Shown: piece after piece, positions 62,820-64,000 of the stretch
How the letters are laid out: the number at the start of each line of letters is the position of its first letter
How positions within the stretch are numbered: the stretch's first letter is position 1
DNA from: Mobula hypostoma
Lineage: Eukaryota
NCBI RefSeq assembly: GCF_963921235.1
Contig: NC_086107.1
Coordinates: 109,060,001-109,124,000, forward strand
Length of the DNA: 64,000 nucleotides
Reading direction: 5' to 3'
Program-made: the position numbers and the translations under genes
The notes under the pieces: model-generated
The model's input: only the letters and a program-made list of their open reading frames with translations
What the model was told of the DNA's origin: nothing
Databases searched by the model: none

Positions 62820-63900
62820 AGGTGAGTGAAGTTATCCACGCTGGTTCAGGAGCCTGATGCTTGAGGGGTAATATCTATTCCTGAACCTGGCTGTGCAGGA
62901 TCGAAGGCTCCTACCCTTGCCTGATGGTAGCAGTGAGAAGAGGGCATGGTCTGGATGGTGGGGGTGTTTGATGATGGATGCTATTTTCCTGTGGAAGCAT
63001 TCCTTGTAGATGTGCTCAATGATGGGGATGGATTCTCCTGTGATGGACCACACTGTATCCACCACTTTTTTATAAGCCTTTCTGGTCAAAGAACACTGAG
63101 GCTGTCTACAAGAAGGGTCAGAGCCGTCTCTATTTGCTGAGGAGACTGAGGTCCTTTAACATCTGCCGGACGATGCTGAGGATGTTCTACGAGTCTGTGG
63201 TGGCCAGTGCTATCATGTTTGCTGTTGTGTGCTGGGGCAGCAGACACCAACAGAATCAACAAACTCATTTGTAAGGCCAGTGATGTTGTGGGGATGGAAC
63301 TGGACTCTCTGACGGTGGTGTCTGAAAAGAGGATGCTGTCTAAGTTGCATGCCATCTTGGACAATGTCTCCCATCCACTACATAATGTACTGGTTGGGCA
63401 CAGGAGTACATTCAGCCAGAGACTCATTCCACCGAGATGCAGCACAGAGCATCATAGGAAGTCATTCCTGCCTGTGGCCATCAAACTTTACAACTCCTCC
63501 CTTGGAGGGTCAGACACCCTGAGCCAAGAGGCTGGTCCTGGACTTTTTTCCTGGCATAATTTACAGATTACTATTTAACTATTTATGGTTTTATTACTAT
63601 TTATTATTTATGGTGCAACTGTAAAGAACCAATTTCCCCCGGGATCAATACAGTATGACTAACTAACTAACTAATTTCCTGGGCATTGGTGTTTCCATAC
63701 CAGGCCATGATACAACCAGTCAGGACACTCTCCACTGTGCATCTATCGAAGTTGGTCAAAGTTTTCGTTGACATGCCGAAACTTATAAGAAAGTAGTGGT
63801 GCTGTCGTACCTTCTTTGAAATGGCACTTCCATGCTGGACCTAGGAAAGATCCTCTAAAATAACAACAAAAAGATTAAAGTTACTGATCCTCTCCTATTC
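62820..63900 (-). mobile_element. Rex1/Babar-type LINE (-) with a nested Rex1-type copy (+) at ~63085-63675
   Basis: Minus: KVVDT..SITG..IP.IEHIY...IIKHPHHPDHALFSLLPSG. Plus insert: KKGQSRLYLLRRLRSFNI...FYESVVAS and SFLPVAIKLYN, with a (TAAC)n-like tail. Confidence 0.8.
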
Positions 63901-64000
63901 CTTTTGTTCTTCAATGAGACAGTCCCAAGTTGATAGTCCTGGTCAAGTCTGACCCAATCCATCCTCATCCCCTTATAGCTGCTTCTATTGAGATAATTAG

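Overview
Vertebrate, repeat-saturated genomic DNA, most likely from a cartilaginous fish (shark or ray). This is inferred from HE1/V-SINE-like SINEs, abundant CR1 and Rex1/Babar-type LINEs and Penelope remnants. The only host coding sequence I can support is the first coding exon of an ADAP1-like ArfGAP gene (+ strand, 57974-58064, phase-1 GT donor) behind a CpG-rich 5' region; the rest of the window is its upstream region and the start of intron 1. Mobile elements include two young, near-identical CR1 copies, a decayed BEL/Pao retrotransposon interrupted by RTE and Penelope inserts, a TSD-flanked solo LTR, Tc1-, pogo-, hAT- and Chapaev3-type DNA-transposon remnants and several SINE families. 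The most striking structure is a set of more than 15 Penelope-derived pLTR fragments carrying a minimal hammerhead-ribozyme motif (CAGTC-CTGANGA-AGGG-N6-CCC-GAAACGTC-GACTG). Many are inserted as fold-back (inverted-pair) units bounded by 12-17 bp target-site duplications. Most ORFs in the supplied track are TE antisense or low-complexity artefacts. Family names come from motif recognition by eye, not from database searches, and many boundaries are approximate.
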